Shown here in pieces: positions 38,923 to 52,920 of a stretch of 64,000 nt of DNA. The notes beneath the pieces are model-generated. The model worked only from the letters and a program-made list of their open reading frames with translations, did no database searches and was not told the DNA's origin. The translations under genes and the position numbers were made by a program. The stretch comes from Octopus vulgaris. Its lineage: Eukaryota. Within the stretch, counting starts at the first letter, position 1, and each line of letters begins with the position of its first letter. Where the stretch lies: the NCBI GenBank assembly GCA_951406725.2, contig OX597821.1:17546001-17610000 (forward strand), given 5' to 3'.

Positions 38923-39311
38923 CAGGAGTGGCTGTGTGGTAAGTAGCTTGCTTACCAGCCACATGGTTCCAGGTTCAGTCCCACTGCGTAGCACTTTGGG
39001 CAAGTGTCTTCTACTATAGCCTCGGGCCGACCAAAGCCTTGTGAGTGGATTTGGTTGACGGAAACTGAAAGAAGCACGTCGTATATATGTATATATATGT
39101 GTGCATGTATGCTTGTGTTTGTCCCCTAGCATTGCTTGACAACCGATGGTGGTGTGTTTATGTCCCCGTCACTTAGCGGTTCGGCAAAAGAGACCGATAG
39201 AATAAGTACTGGGCTTACAAAGAATAAGTCCCGGGGTCGAGTTGCTCGACTAAAGGCGGTGCTCCAGCATGACCGCAGTCAAAATGACTGAAACAAGTGA
39301 AAGAAAGAGTA
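38923..39311 (+). mobile_element. SINE family A
   Basis: Near full-length copy. Confidence 0.85.
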
Positions 39312-39366
39312 ATATGAGAAGACTGGTGTATATATGTGTGTGTGTGTGTATGTATATGTATATATA

Positions 39367-39768
39367 GGTGCAGGTGTGGCTGTGTGGTAAGAAGCTTACT
39401 TCCCAACCACATGGTTCCAGGTTCAGTCCCATTGTGTGGCACCTTGGGTAAGTGCCTTCTACTAGAGTCTCAGGCCAACCACAGCTTTGTGAGTTGGGTT
39501 TGGTAGACAGAAACTGAAAGAAGCCTCTCATGTGTGCGCGTGTATTTGTGTGTTTGAGTCTGTGCTTGTCCCCCAACACTGCCACCACCATCACTTGGCA
39601 ACCAATGTTGGTGTGTTTATGTTCCTGTAACTTAGCGGTTCAGCAAAAGAGACCAATAGAATAAGTACTAGGCTTACAAAGAATAAGTCCTGGGAGTTGA
39701 TCTCTTCAACTAAAACTTCTTAAGGTGGCGCTGCAGCATGGTCACAGTCAAACAAAAGAATAAAAGAT
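39367..39768 (+). mobile_element. SINE family A, diverged
   Basis: Full-length older copy. Confidence 0.8.
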
Positions 39769-39939
39769 ATATGTGCATGTCTGTGTGTTGATAGACATGG
39801 TTGTGTAGTTAAGAAGTTAACTTCCACACTATGTGGTAGGGGTTCAGTCCCATTATGAGGCAACTAAGGCAAGTTACTTTTACTACAGATCTGAGCCAAT
39901 CAAACCCCATATGACTTGATGCTGCAATGTCTATGTATG

Positions 39940-39991
<52 letters not shown>

Positions 39992-39993
<2 letters not shown>

Positions 39994-41630
39994 GTTGCGG
40001 CCAAAATGTTCAGAACGGCATTGTTTTCGCCAGAAAAGTAGGTATAAGTTTTTATCAAAGTTGTTTTATATTCTATAATTTTCACAAACAATAAATACGA
40101 TATTGTTATTGTCTGAGATGTTGGTGTAATTTGAGAGGATAATACAAAAGTTATGGATGATTTAGTGATTTACTGCAAAACCCATGGCGGCCAAAATGAT
40201 CAGAACGGTTGCTTTTACTCCGTGTTTTAGTATATTTAACCAGTGAACTCTAATGTTTTGAATTTGTTTACGTGATGGTTCGTTTACTAAATATTAGTAA
40301 GAATATCTGCAGTGTACTTTGTTAATATAATGCCACTTACTCCGTTACCAATTCGTCAGCAGATTATTAAGCTTCGAAAGAAGGATAATTTAAGTATTGG
40401 GTCTATTGTAGAGATTGTTAACAAGTCAAAAAGTGTTGTTCACGGTATTCTTAAGGTCTTCAATGATTGTGGTTCGTGTGAAGCAAGAAAGTCTACAGGT
40501 AGGCCAAGAAAAACGACCAAGAGAGAAGATTGTGCTATGGTAAAGTTGGTTAAAAAGGACAGATTTAAAACTGCTGCTGCTGTTTCTTGGGAAATGAGCA
40601 TTTCCCAAGAAATACTGAAGAAAACGTTATCTCGAAAAACTGTGTCTCGTCGTTTAGTTGAACATGACCTACAAGCAAGAGCACCTGCAGTGAAGCCACT
40701 GATCAGCTGCAAAAATAAAAACTGTCGTCTTACCTTTGCAACCGAACATGTGTTGTGGTCTCAAGAAAAATGGCAAACGGTGCATTTCAGTGATGAATCT
40801 AAGTTTATGTTATTTGGCTCAGATGGGAAAAGGTACGTTCGTTGAAAAGTAGGTGAAAAATTGTCGCCTAAATGCCTTAAGACTAGTGTTAAATTCGGTG
40901 GAGGAAGTGTCATGGTTTGGGGGATGATATCTGGACATGGTGTGGGCTCTTTGGTGCGATTACATGGAAAGGTAAATGCAGGAGTTTATAAACAACTTGT
41001 AAAAGATCATGTCTTGCTTGTGCTGAGAAATTCAACTAAGCGACCACCCATATTCATGCAGGACAATGCCCCATGTCACAAGGCTAAGGTGGTCATGAAC
41101 TTCCTCAAGGCTGAAAAGGTTATTATTATGGATTGGCCTGCTCAAAGCCCAGATCTCAATCCTATTGAAAATGTGTGGAATATTATAGGAGAACGTTCGA
41201 AAGCCAGAAATCCTAAAACAACCGAGCAATTATGGAATGCCCTTCGGAAAGAATAGAATAAGATCACCCAGCAAGAAATTGAAAATTTTATTTCCTCATG
41301 CAGTCAAAGATGTCAAAGTGTGATTGAAGCTAAAGGGCTTCACACTAGATATTAAATAATTCCAGTATTCTTTGTCATTTTTGATTATTTTGTTATTTTT
41401 TCAACCGTTCTGATCATTTTGGCCGCCATGGGTTTTGCAGTAAATCACTAAATCATTCATAACTTTTGTATTATCCCCTCAAATTACACCAATATCTCAG
41501 ACAATAACAATTAATATCGTATTTATTGTCTGTGAAAATTATAGAAAATTACACAAAACAACTTTGATAAAAACTTATACCTACTTTTCTGGCGAAAACA
41601 ATGCCGTTCTGAACATTTTGGCCACAACTG
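39992..41630 (+). mobile_element. Full-length Tc1 transposon with IR/DR ends
   Basis: TIRs of about 220 bp (39992-40211 and 41402-41630) starting CAGTTG, each with two ggccaaaatg(t/a)tcagaacgg direct repeats. TA flanks. Confidence 0.95.
40330..41355 (+). pseudogene. Tc1 DDE transposase, 341 codons, two in-frame stops (40843 and 41254)
   Basis: Motifs GRPRKT, FSDESKF, GGGSVMVWG, FMQDNAPCH, WPAQSPDLNPIENVW and C-terminal KGLHTRY*. No frameshift. Confidence 0.93.
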
Positions 41631-41665
41631 TATATATATATATATAAAGATAGATAGATAGATAG

Positions 41666-41696
<31 letters not shown>

Positions 41697-41918
41697 CATA
41701 CATGCAGACAGACAAGCTGGCAGACAGACAGATATGAAAACTTCATTGTTAATATGCTCACTTTCCAACCACATGGTTTAAGGTTCAATTCCATTGCACA
41801 GCACTTTAGGCAAGTGTCTTCTACTGTTGTCTTGGGCCAACTAATGCATTGTGAGTGAATTTCATACAGGGGAACTGTATGTAACCGTGTCATATCTATA
41901 TGTGTGTGTGTGTGTGTG

Positions 41919-41965
<47 letters not shown>

Positions 41966-41967
<2 letters not shown>

Positions 41968-42777
41968 GATGCTGTGAATAAACTGTCATCTAAATTATGC
42001 AAAAATGAAAATGACACTGATATCTCATTTTAACAGATATATTTACCAAAATTACATAAAAATATCTTGAAATAGTAAAGAGTAAATCTATTCAATAAAA
42101 TCACCATTGGCTGCAACCACGGCCTCCAGACAGCTTTGGAATCTTTTGCAACTCTTCTGGACGGTCTCCTTGTTTAAGTTGATGAATGCTGCCATAATAC
42201 TTGCCTTCAGTTCATCTTTTGTCTCTTGCTGAACTATGCTCCACATATAATACTCAAGGAGGTTGCAGTCTGGTGAGTTAGGTGGCCAGATGTTAGGGGT
42301 GATGTGATTGCAGAAATTACCTGACAGCCATGACTGGATTCTCCTGCTTGTTGGCATGGTACAGAATCCTGTTGCCAGATGTAGTCTTCCAGCAGCCACC
42401 CTCTTGACCCAGGGCAGCACTACCTCCTCCAGGCACTTGATGTAGGCCTCCATGTTGGATCTGAGGCTGTGTGGGAAGATGAATGGAGGCATAATGTCAC
42501 CTTCACTAGTGATCACTCTAAACACCATGATGCTGACTGGATGTTTGATTTTTACCACTCTCGACATGATTTTTATCACTTCTAGCATGAATGCCAAGTA
42601 GTACAGCATGTCATTTCCAAATTTCTGGTAGAGTGAATTGCGTCATGGTGCTGTTTTTCTCACAGATGGTGCCCAACGGACCCTACTATACTGTGTAGTC
42701 GACAAAATCAAAAACAAACAATGCACATGCGTGAAATTTTAAATTTTAAATGGTAACAATTTACTCATCGCACCCTG
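41966..42777 (-). mobile_element. Internally deleted Tc1/mariner element, DD37D (maT)-like
   Basis: KHPVSIMVF..YIKCLEEVVLPWV..WPPNSPDCNLLEYYMW. Imperfect TIRs beginning cag. Confidence 0.75.
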
Positions 42778-43458
42778 TATATATACACACACATACACAC
42801 ATATCTGTGACAGGCCTCCACGCATAACTTGTATTGTCCATTCCCTCAGTTACCTGCAACTGTCTGATTGTGGTCTTTGTTACAGTCATTCTAAAATAGT
42901 TGATGATTTTTTCCAAGTTCTTTAAAATTTTGACCATTTTTTATTTTATTATTCCATTTCTTGCAGAGCAGTGGACTGATAGAATTCTTAGAGTTCTAAA
43001 CAAAATACTTTATAGTGTTTCTTCTGAATCTTTACATTGTGAGTTCTAATCCTATCAAGGTGAACTTAACCTTATATTCTTTCAAGGTTGATAAAATGAA
43101 GTATTAGTTAAGTACCAGTTTTAATGGTACAGGCTAAACCTTCATCATAATCATTATCTAATGTCCACTTTCCATGCTGGCATTAGTTGGACGGTTCGAC
43201 TAGAACTGGTAAAACCAGGGACCATACCAGGTTCCATTGTCTGTTCTGGCATGGTTTCTATAATTGGATGCTTTTCATAATGCCAACCACTCCACAGAGT
43301 GTACTGGGTGCCTTTCGTGTTGAACCAACACCAATGGTTTTTATACGGCACCAGTACTAGTATCAATTTTGCTGTGGAAGACTGATCTTGTGTACAGCAA
43401 GGTGCCTCTTCTTAACATTTAAATAATCACCTTTGTGTATATATGTATATGCTGTATA

Positions 43459-43849
43459 TCTTTACTCTTTTACTTGTTTCAGTCAGTTGACTGCGGCCAT
43501 GCTGGAGCACCGCCTTTAATCGAGCAACTCGACCAGGGACTTATTCTTTTGTAAGCCCAGTACTTATTCTATCGGTCTCTTTTGCCGAATCGCTAAGTAA
43601 CGGGGACATAAACACACCAGCATCGGTTGTCAAGCAATGCTAGGGGGACAAACACACACACGCATATATATATATATACATATATACGACGGGCTTCTTT
43701 CAGTTTCCGTCTACCAAATCCACTCACAAGGCTTTGGTCGGCCCGAGACTATAGTAGAAGGCACTTGCCCAAGGTGCCATGCAGTGGGACTGAACCCGGA
43801 ACCATGTGGTTGGTAAACAAGCTACTTACCACACAGCCACTCCTGCGCC
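43459..43849 (-). mobile_element. SINE family A
   Basis: Full-length copy, about 110 bp upstream of a WASHC5 exon. Confidence 0.85.
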
Positions 43850-43959
43850 TAAAATGTGCATAAAAGAGTGTGTGCATGGATGTGCTCTCCTTCCCTCAAT
43901 CTGTTACTAACAGATTATAATCTGTGTTCAACAAACTTATGTCTTTTCATTTTTTGCAG

Positions 43960-44060
43960 TGTGAATCTTTGTTCTTATACGGTGTGATGCTGCTCGTGAC
44001 CGATATGAAAATAGAAGGAATAATAAGAGAAAGAATACTCGTCAGCTATTACCGCTACAG
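43960..44060 (+). CDS. WASHC5: Strumpellin internal exon, 101 nt
   Basis: Acceptor tttttgcag and donor gtaagt. Encodes [33 protein letters not shown](S), compare strumpellin [34 protein letters not shown]. Phase 0 start, phase 2 end. Confidence 0.95.
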
Positions 44061-44459
44061 GTAAGTGAAAATATGCCATAAAATGTGGCTTGTTTATTTA
44101 TCAATGGAACATTTCTCTGTCTCACTGGTTAACATGTTAGTCTGATGTAATCTGACCATTTGTAGAATTTATTGTTCATCTGATATTTCATTTTATTAGG
44201 TTGTGACACATATCGTCCTCATCATCATCATGTTGACATCCACTTTTCCGTGCTTGCATTACTCTATAAGACCGATTTTTTACAGTGCAAATGCCCTTTT
44301 CTGTCATCAGTCATTACCTGTTTCTGAGCAAGTTAATATTTTCCATGGCCAGATATGTCTTCACAGAAGATTGATAAAAACACCACCACTTATATGATGG
44401 TGAGGCTCATTTACAATTATTGTGTGATGTTAAAACAAGACACAAACGCACACATACAT

Positions 44460-44860
44460 TGTGATACTGCACGGTTGTGAAACATGGGCCTTGAATGCAG
44501 AGGACTTCCAAAATTGGAAAGAAATGAAGCTAGTGTGGTTGTGCAATGTAAGTGTGTATGAATGACGAAGTACAAATGTGTCAAGAGAAAAACTGGGCAT
44601 AAGCAGAATCAAATGTAGTGTACAAGAAAGAAGGTTGCACTAGTATGGACATGTGATGTGTACGGGTGAGGGCAACCAAATAAAGAAGTGCTGATCATTT
44701 AATATGGAAGGAGCTTATGAAAGAGAGAAACTTAAGAAAACATTGGAAGAAATTATGAACATTGATCATAGGATCTTGGACCTTATAAGAGAAATGACAA
44801 AAAACCAAGAATACAGGCAATGTGTAGTTCTTTAGAAGACCTGTCCGTCTTAGGGAAACT
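44460..44860 (+). mobile_element. Decayed RTE fragment
   Basis: ILHGCETWAL and YGHVM remnants homologous to 35157-35621. Confidence 0.7.
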
Positions 44861-45169
44861 AAAATTCTTAAAGTACAATGTGTATGTGTGTGTATATATA
44901 TATATAATATATATATATATACCTTGGATTAAGAAGGAACTTTGCACCATCCACAGAACCTCCAGTTATCTTCCACATCATGTGATGCTATTTCCCCCTC
45001 TATTTCATCTCAGAGTGGTTGGCGTTAGGAAGGGCATCCAGCTATAGTAACTTCGCCAGATCAGATTGGACCCTGGTGCAGCCTTCTCGCTGGCCAGCCC
45101 TCAGTCAAACTGTCCAGTCCATGCCAGCATGGAAAGCAGACGTTAAGCAACAATGATGATGAAGATATA

Positions 45170-45561
45170 TTCTTTTACTTGTTTCAGTCATTTGACTGTG
45201 GCCATGCTAGAGCACTACCTTTAGTTGAACAAATCGACCCCAGGACTGATTCTTTGTAAGTCTAGTACTTATTCTGTCGGTCTCTTTTGCTGAATTGCTA
45301 AGTTACGGGGATGTAGACACACCAACATCAGCTGTCAAGCATAGAAGGGTTACAAACACGGACATACACACAAATATATACATATATATATATTTATACA
45401 ACGGGCTTTTTTCAGTTTCCGTCTACCAAATCAACTCACAAGGCTTTAATTGGCCTGAGGCTATAGTAGAAGACACTTGCCCGAGGTGCCACGCAGTGGG
45501 ACTGAACCCCAAACCATATGGTTGGGAACCAAGCTTCTTACCACACAACCACTCCTGCACC
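45170..45561 (-). mobile_element. SINE family A
   Basis: Full-length copy on the minus strand. Confidence 0.82.
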
Positions 45562-45574
45562 TATATATTTATAT

Positions 45575-45774
45575 CAGTGCTTTTCAAACTTTTTGCTGGA
45601 GCGGAACCCCAAGGAAACATTCCACTGGCTCGGGGAACCCTGTGCAATAATTTAATAGTCTTATGCACACATATCTGCACAGGAAAATTAAAAATTACTA
45701 CTGATTTTAGCAGTTTTGTAACTTTTTGCGGAACCCCTGGACTGTACTGGCGGAACCCTGGTTGAAAACCACTG
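45575..45774. mobile_element. hAT-type MITE
   Basis: TIR cagtgcttttcaa / ttgaaaaccactg with 8-bp TSD atttatat. Confidence 0.8.
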
Positions 45775-46020
45775 ATTTATATATGTGCACAACTGGGGCT
45801 CCTCACCCATTTCCCTCTTTTGGAACATCCCCACCATGCACCATCTCTTTAACTGCAGCATTCTGCTGCTGTAATTATATCTGAACAGAACTGCATGCTT
45901 CAATGGCTTTTCCTTGATATCACTTATCCTGCTTATTGCCCAGAACTGTTTCACATGATATATTCGTCCTTCATTCTTAATGCAGTCATCACTGCCTACA
46001 TTTTACATTGATCTACCCTT

Positions 46021-46653
46021 TTAACCCTTAGCATTTAAACTGGCCATTTCCAGCCCAAGTATTCTACCTGTTTTATGTTAAAACTGGCCAGATTTTACCT
46101 CACTCACCTACCCTATAATGTCATTCTTAAAACATACAAGTATATCCTCAAAATCTCAAAGCTATGAGATAATGCATGATTAATTCAAAACAGGTGCAGG
46201 AGTGGCTGTGTGGTAAGTAGCTTGCTAACCAACCACATGGTTCCGGGTTCAGTCCCACTGCGTGGCATGTTGGGCAAGTGTCTTCTACAATCGCCTCAGG
46301 CCGACCAAAGCCTTGTGAGTGGATTTGGTAGACGGAAACTGAAAGAAACCCATCGTAAATATGTATATATATATATATGTGTGTATGTGTTTGTGTGTCT
46401 GCGATTGTTCCCCTAGCATTGCTTGACAACCGATGCTGGTGTGTTTACGTCCCCGTCACTTAGTGGTTCGGTAAAAGAGACCGATAGAATAAGTACTGGG
46501 CTTACAAAGAATAAGTCCCAGGATTGAGTTGCTCGACTAAAGGTTGTGCTCCAGCATGGCCGCAGTCAACTGACTGAAACAAGAAAAAGAGTAAAAGAAT
46601 ATAAATAAACAAACATCACATTTGACAGAATAATATGAATGCTAAAGGGTTAA
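46021..46653. mobile_element. piggyBac-like MITE interrupted by SINE A (46193-46600, +)
   Basis: ttaacccttagcatt...aatgctaaagggttaa. Relatives at about 1415, 26326 and 51195. Confidence 0.7.
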
Positions 46654-47756
46654 AACGCCAAATTATCTCTTCTCCACAACCATACCATTCTCCCTTTCCC
46701 TAGAACGCCTCTACACTCTTTCAAATTACCTAACCATACATCATCCCTGCCCCTTCTCTCTCTCTCTCTTACTCTCTCACCCTCTCTCTCTATCTGTCTA
46801 TCTATCTCTTTTTTTGCACTGCTTTTGCAGTTAAATAAATGCTTTGGTTAAATAGATATTTATCTCACTTTCTGCTTGTGTAGTGTCAACTTTTGTGCAG
46901 GGACAATAGTATCAAATCTTGTGTAGCAAGAACTAGGGTGTCAGATATTGTGTAGGGGCTAAACTATTAAATCTATATTGACCATACAATCAACGTTTTG
47001 GTGTGATGATGATGACTAATCTCTCTCTCTCCTCCTCCTCCTCCTCCTCCAAGAAATTCACTTTGCAATCATAGTTCTGGATTCTGTTTTCTGTCACCAC
47101 TGGCGGCGCATAAAAAACACCTAGTACACTCTGTAAAGTGGTTCGCATCAGGAAGGGCATCCAGTCATAGAAGTCAAGCCAAAACAGACAAATGTTCTGG
47201 CCTACCAGTTCCAGCCAAACCATTTATTCCATACCAGTATGGAAAGCAGACATTAAACGATAAAGATGATCATTACCTTTGATCACTGAAAACTTTCTTA
47301 GTGAAATTGGATAGATTGAAACTATGTGGGAGTCTACTAAATCAACTGTAAATTTTCATTTGCTGCAGAATTAATCCAGCACCATGCTTAACATGACTAC
47401 CCCTTCATCAGTATCAATTCTGTTGCAAGTATTTAAGTCAGGTCACTGACCTGATGAAGGCTTAATGTCCTCGTTAACTTTTTCCCATAGCAGTAACCAG
47501 TCAATTGTAGTTTCTGCCTTCCTGTCAAACCAGCAGTCCCAAAGCCCCTATGAATATTTTGTGCACTTGCCCTTCATCCATTGATATACAATAAAAATAA
47601 ATGTAAAAAGTTATATTTTCCTACCAGCCCAAGGATTTAATGTGAACATGAAAATCATCTACTCAATTAGCTCCCCCTTATATTCCTATCAAAGATGGCA
47701 TCAACAGTCCTGGAGTTTGTAAAAGTGTCAGATATGAGCAGTTCTTAACCTCACAC

Positions 47757-48046
47757 ATCATCATATCATCATCATCGTTTCTACGGCTGGATGCCTTTCC
47801 TAACGCCAACCACTCCATGAGTGTAGTGGGTGCTTTTTACGTGCCACCTGCACAGGTGCCAGACAAGTCTGGCAAATGGCCACAGTCGGATGGTGCTTTT
47901 TACGTGCCACTGGGACGGAGGCCAGGCGAGGCTGGCAACGGCCACGATCGGATGGTGCCTTTTACGTGCCACCGGCACGGAAGCCAGTCAGGGCGGCACT
48001 GGCAACGGCCACGTTCGGATGGTTCTCTTATGTGCCACCAGCACTG
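47757..48046 (-). mobile_element. RTE 3'-UTR fragment
   Basis: Tandem gtggcacgtaaaagcacc units and a (gat)n tail. Confidence 0.75.
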
Positions 48047-49681
48047 ATGTATAGCAAGTTTTTTTTTATCTTCACACTGGGGATGGAGAACTCATAAAAC
48101 ATATCTATAACTGTACAGTTCTGGGTTTGTTTGCAAAACATTTTTTTTTTTTTTGTTATTTCCCTCTTCAAATTTTCAATCTAAATTGTGCCAAAGAATC
48201 GTTTCCTCTCAATGCCAGAAGTAGGCTAAGATAACTAAAATTAACGCAGACAGCACATAATGTCAGAAATTAATCTTGGAAACCACTGTGTGTTGCTTAG
48301 CTCAAAATATTGGAGACGCTACTTCCGATGAAGTATGTGTCTGTTACAGAAATGGAGTGGTGGTGGTGATGGTGGTGGGAGGAGGAAGACAAGAGTATTA
48401 CAGGGAGTGACAGGAAGAGAAAAGAAGGCTTAGACTAATCTGTTCTGGATTCTTGCCAAGCCACCTAAGAATTAGCCACTAAAGTTAAGTGATGATCAAT
48501 TTGTAATCAGGATAAATACTATAACAGAAAAATATGAATTTGAATATTAAGCTCATTGTAAAAAGCACTTCTTTATGTGATCATATATGTGTGTCTATGT
48601 TAAGTCTTTTTTTCATTCTTTTTGATCGGTTGCATATATTATAATACGTATCTGTATATATGCATTTGTGTCTATTTGTAGGACCTACTGTATGTATCTA
48701 TTGGATGTATTTGTTTTTTTGGCACAAGCAGTAATGTTTTCATACAACCTTTTACATTCTGGATTCAAATCTGTCAAGGGTGTTTTACCTTTCATTTTTC
48801 TGAGTGTCATCTAAATTAAATACTAATCAAACACAAGGGTTAATGAAATCAAGTAACCCTTCCTTTTCCCTTCTCAAAGAAAAACTAGAATGTCTTGCTC
48901 TCTGCCAATATTAAAAATCATTATTTTCTATATGTAAATATCTATGTCTATGTATATGATTGTGTTTATATATCGGTGTATGTATGCAGTGCATATATGT
49001 CTTAGTGTGTGTGAACAACCATTTCCTGATCTCATTATATGTAGCTTACTATACATATATGATCTCACTGATTGGCATCTTGGACAAGTGTCATTTCCTA
49101 TAGTCTCAGGTCAACCCATACCTTTCATATGAAACTGGATAGATGGAGACTGCATAGAAACTTGTTGGATGGCTTGTACCTGTAATTCAAAGATACAGCC
49201 TCATCATACACACACTGTTCATCTCTGATTCTGCCTAGCATTACAGTAAATGTACACGTCTATAGAATGCTCATCCACTTGTATGTTAATTCAAGGGCAG
49301 GTAATTCACTTGATCAAACAACTGAGTCCTGTATATTCCTTTTGTTACCATACTTCAGTTGAGGCACTCTGTATTTATTTCAGTTAATTTTAAATGTAAC
49401 GAAGAGCTAAGTAAAATATCTTTATTATTTTATCTTTTAGCTTTTATTTGTTTCAGTCTTTAGACTGCAGCCATTTTGGGGCACTGCCTTGAATTTATGA
49501 ATCGACCCCTGTACTTTTTTTTTCAAAGCCTTATACTTATTCTATTGGTCTCTTCTGCCAAACCACTAAGTTATGGGGACACAAACACACCAACACTAGT
49601 TGTCAAGCAATGATAGGGTGACAAACACAGACACAAAGACACACACATAGATATATACATGTATGTGTGTGTGTTTGTGCA

Positions 49682-49843
49682 TAAGGGAGTGCTGAAAAGT
49701 TTCTGGTTTTAACGGTCTCGCAAAAGGCCTGGCTGGAAGTGAAACCTTCTGAGTTCTTTTACAGGGCTTAGAAAAACTGAAGGACCTCTGATCCGTCTGT
49801 ATTTTCTTTTACATAAAGCCAAGAACTTTTCAGCACCCTCTTA
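49682..49843. mobile_element. mariner-type MITE
   Basis: taagggagtgctgaaaagtt / aacttttcagcaccctctta. Confidence 0.7.
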
Positions 49844-49852
49844 CATATATAT

Positions 49853-50147
49853 ATCACGTGATCACATGACCAACCAGACCATCAGATGTTGTTACACATC
49901 GCTGGTCACAATGCGTTCGCATTGTTTTAGCCTTCAAATGATGCCACCCCGCTGGCTAAGCGAGCAGGCCAAAAGAAGAAAGAGTGGTGAAAGAGTACAG
50001 CAGGGATCACCACCCCCTGCCGGAGCCTCGTGGAGCTTTTAGGTGTTTTTGCTCAATAAACACTCACAACGCCCGGTCTGGGAATCGAAACCGCGATCCT
50101 GCGACAGCGAGTCCGCTGCCCTAACCACTAGGCCATTGCGCCTCCAC
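49853..50147 (-). mobile_element. SINE family B (tail type 1)
   Basis: Near-identical to 757-1056. Confidence 0.85.
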
Positions 50148-50557
50148 ATATATACATACAATGATGTACTGAAGAATGACCTCAGGAAGCTGAACCATTC
50201 AAGCACAATGACTAAGGAATGAGATACCTGGCACCTGGCCACACCCATGAAGACCTGTACCCTACAGCAGAAGTGTTAAGACCAATCCTTCTGGTGATGT
50301 AAAACACTCATGGCAGTGCCATATTAGTGCCCGTGCAGCACCATGTAGAAACAACCATGTAGTGCAACATGAAAGCACCCATGTGGTGCCACATAAAATC
50401 ACCCAGCACACTGTAAAGTAGTCAGTGTTAGAAAGGGCATCCAGCCATAGAAACCATGCCAAATCAGACGGAAGTCTGGCGCAACCCCTCCAGCTTACCA
50501 GCTCTGGTCAAACTGTGCATCCCGTGCTAGCATGAATAGTGGACATTAAATGATGAT

Positions 50558-50866
50558 GACAGGCTTCTTTCAGTTTCCATCTACCAAATCCACTCACAAG
50601 GCTTTGGTCGGCCCGAGGCTTATTCTATCGGTCTCTTTTTGCCGAACCGCTAAGTGACGGGGATGTAAACACACCAGCATCGGTTGTCAAGCAATGCTAG
50701 GGGAACAAACACAGACACACAAACACACACACATACATATATATATATATACATATATACGACAGGCTTCTTTCAGTTTCCATCTACCAAATCCACTCAC
50801 AAGGCTTTGCTCAGCCCAAGGCTATAGTAGAAGACACATGCCCAAGGTGCCACACAGTGGGACTGA
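50558..50866 (-). mobile_element. Rearranged SINE family A
   Basis: A segment of about 60 bp, gacaggcttctttcag...ggct, occurs twice (50558 and 50761). Confidence 0.75.
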
Positions 50867-51896
50867 TTAAGCTAGTGTTAGGAAGATTTTTATTCAGAAC
50901 TTTTGAAAACAAGACATTTGTACTACAGAGCTGGGTCGGGGTTGCAGTCTCAGGTGGGTTGAGTGATGAATTTATATTTGTTGAGATATATAGCATTGAT
51001 TCTATCCTGTTTCCAGTAAATGCATATTTTGGAGAGGTTTTTTTTCCACCCCTTTATGTTTCATACTTTGTTTTTAATTCTTTTAGCATCAATAAAATAA
51101 AGTATCAGTCATGAGCAAGGGATAAGGCATCAACTAACCTCTTCCCTTCAAAGTCGCTGGCTTGTGCCTAAATCAGATGCAATCAATTTGCCTTTAACTG
51201 TTTAACATTCAAATTACTCTGTCAAATTTAATGTTTATTTACTTTGTTTTGAAGTAATCATGCATTACCTCATCACTTTGACTCTTCAATAGTATGATTG
51301 CTTAATTTTTGAATGACATTGTAAGGTAGGTGTGAGAAGCCACATTTGATCAGTTTAAACATAAAACAGGTAGAATATTTGGACCAGATATGGCCGATTT
51401 AAATGCTAAAGGGTTAAATCCACTTAAATATTTTATTGTCTCCACCCAGTCATATCTACTTAAATCTACCCATTTCAGTATAAATTTGTATTAATTTACC
51501 ATTCTTATCCAAATACACTGTGTAACACGATTTTTGTCCTTGGATTACAACTGTTATTTCCTATTTGCTTACCCCTAGAAAGTATGCAAAATGGCTTGTT
51601 TCCTTCAAACATTTATTCAAACCCTAAAGAATCCCTCTCAACACATGGCTCTGATGCTCACCCACTATTACTGCTCATGACCAGGGATGAAAATATTGTC
51701 AACCACTAAGGGACATTATTGAGCAGAATATTTGCTATAATGATATTTCGGCTCAAGGTCACAAAGTGTCGCCAAGAATCAAACTCATAACCTTATGATT
51801 GTGAGTTGAACGTATATATACATATATATAATAATATAAATAATATATAAATATATGCCTATATACATACATATATGTACATACCTACATATATAT

Positions 51897-52302
51897 ACTC
51901 TTTACTCTTTCTCTTTTACTTGTTTCAGTCATTTGACTGTGGCCATGCTGGAGCACCGCCAGTAGTCGAGCAACTCAACCCCGGGACTTATTCTTTTTGT
52001 AAGCCCAGTACTTATTCTATCAGTCTCTTTTTGCCGAACCGCTAAGTGACGGGGACGTAAACACACCAGCATTGGTTGTCAAGCAATGCTAGGGGAACAA
52101 ACACAGACACACAAACACACACACATACATATATATATATACATATATACGACTGGCTTCTTTCTACCAAATCCACTCACAAGGCATTGGTCAGCCCGGG
52201 GCTATAGCAGAAGACACTTGCCCAAGATGCCACGCAGTGGGACTGAACCCGGAACCATGTGGTTGGTTAGCAAGCTACTTACCACACAGCCACTCCTGCG
52301 CC
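51897..52302 (-). mobile_element. SINE family A inserted in the inverted arm of a Penelope-like element
   Basis: Full-length copy. Confidence 0.85.
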
Positions 52303-52304
52303 TA

Positions 52305-52920
52305 TATATGTATATATATATATGCATATATGGGTACAGGACATCAGAAAAACGTTGCCCATTTCCTTCCTAAAGACAATATGTGCTTATACATGTCTCC
52401 TCTCATAAGCTCGTCCTCCTAGCATTCATAATAATTTTTCTATCATCTTGGCTTAACATCCCTCACCGTTTGTTTTTACTGTCTTGTTCTCACTGTCCAG
52501 TTCTTGTTACCACTCTCACCCTCTGCAAAAAATCCCAGATTTGATCTAATTTGCTTTGCGGGAAGGACTGTTTCATTGAAGTCACATATTGTCCTTGCCT
52601 TTGAACCACGGAGTAGATGAAACAGGGACAACTGAAGAAGGGGAATATTCTTTATGTTGAATGTCTCCTTTCACTGTTTGTTTTTTTTTTGTTGTTCAAA
52701 AAAAAGTTCATTTTACTCTGTTTTTGTTCATGTTTTCGTTTCTCATTGTTTTCAACGGTTTTTTTTTATGTCCTGTACCCATATATGCATATATATATAT
52801 ATATATACATATATATGTAGGTATGTACATATATGTATGTATGTATGCATATATTTATATATTATTTATATTATTATATGATCGAACGCCACGCATCCTT
52901 TCCCAAGTAAGTTTTAAGTT
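52305..52920 (+). mobile_element. Non-autonomous element related to 3383-4446, with an inverted 3'-end copy at its 5' side
   Basis: Shares accctctgcaaa, ctga(t/a)gaagggga, gttttcgtttctcattg, tgtcctgtac and ccaagtaagtttt. 52305-52352 is the reverse complement of about 52753-52800. Confidence 0.6.
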
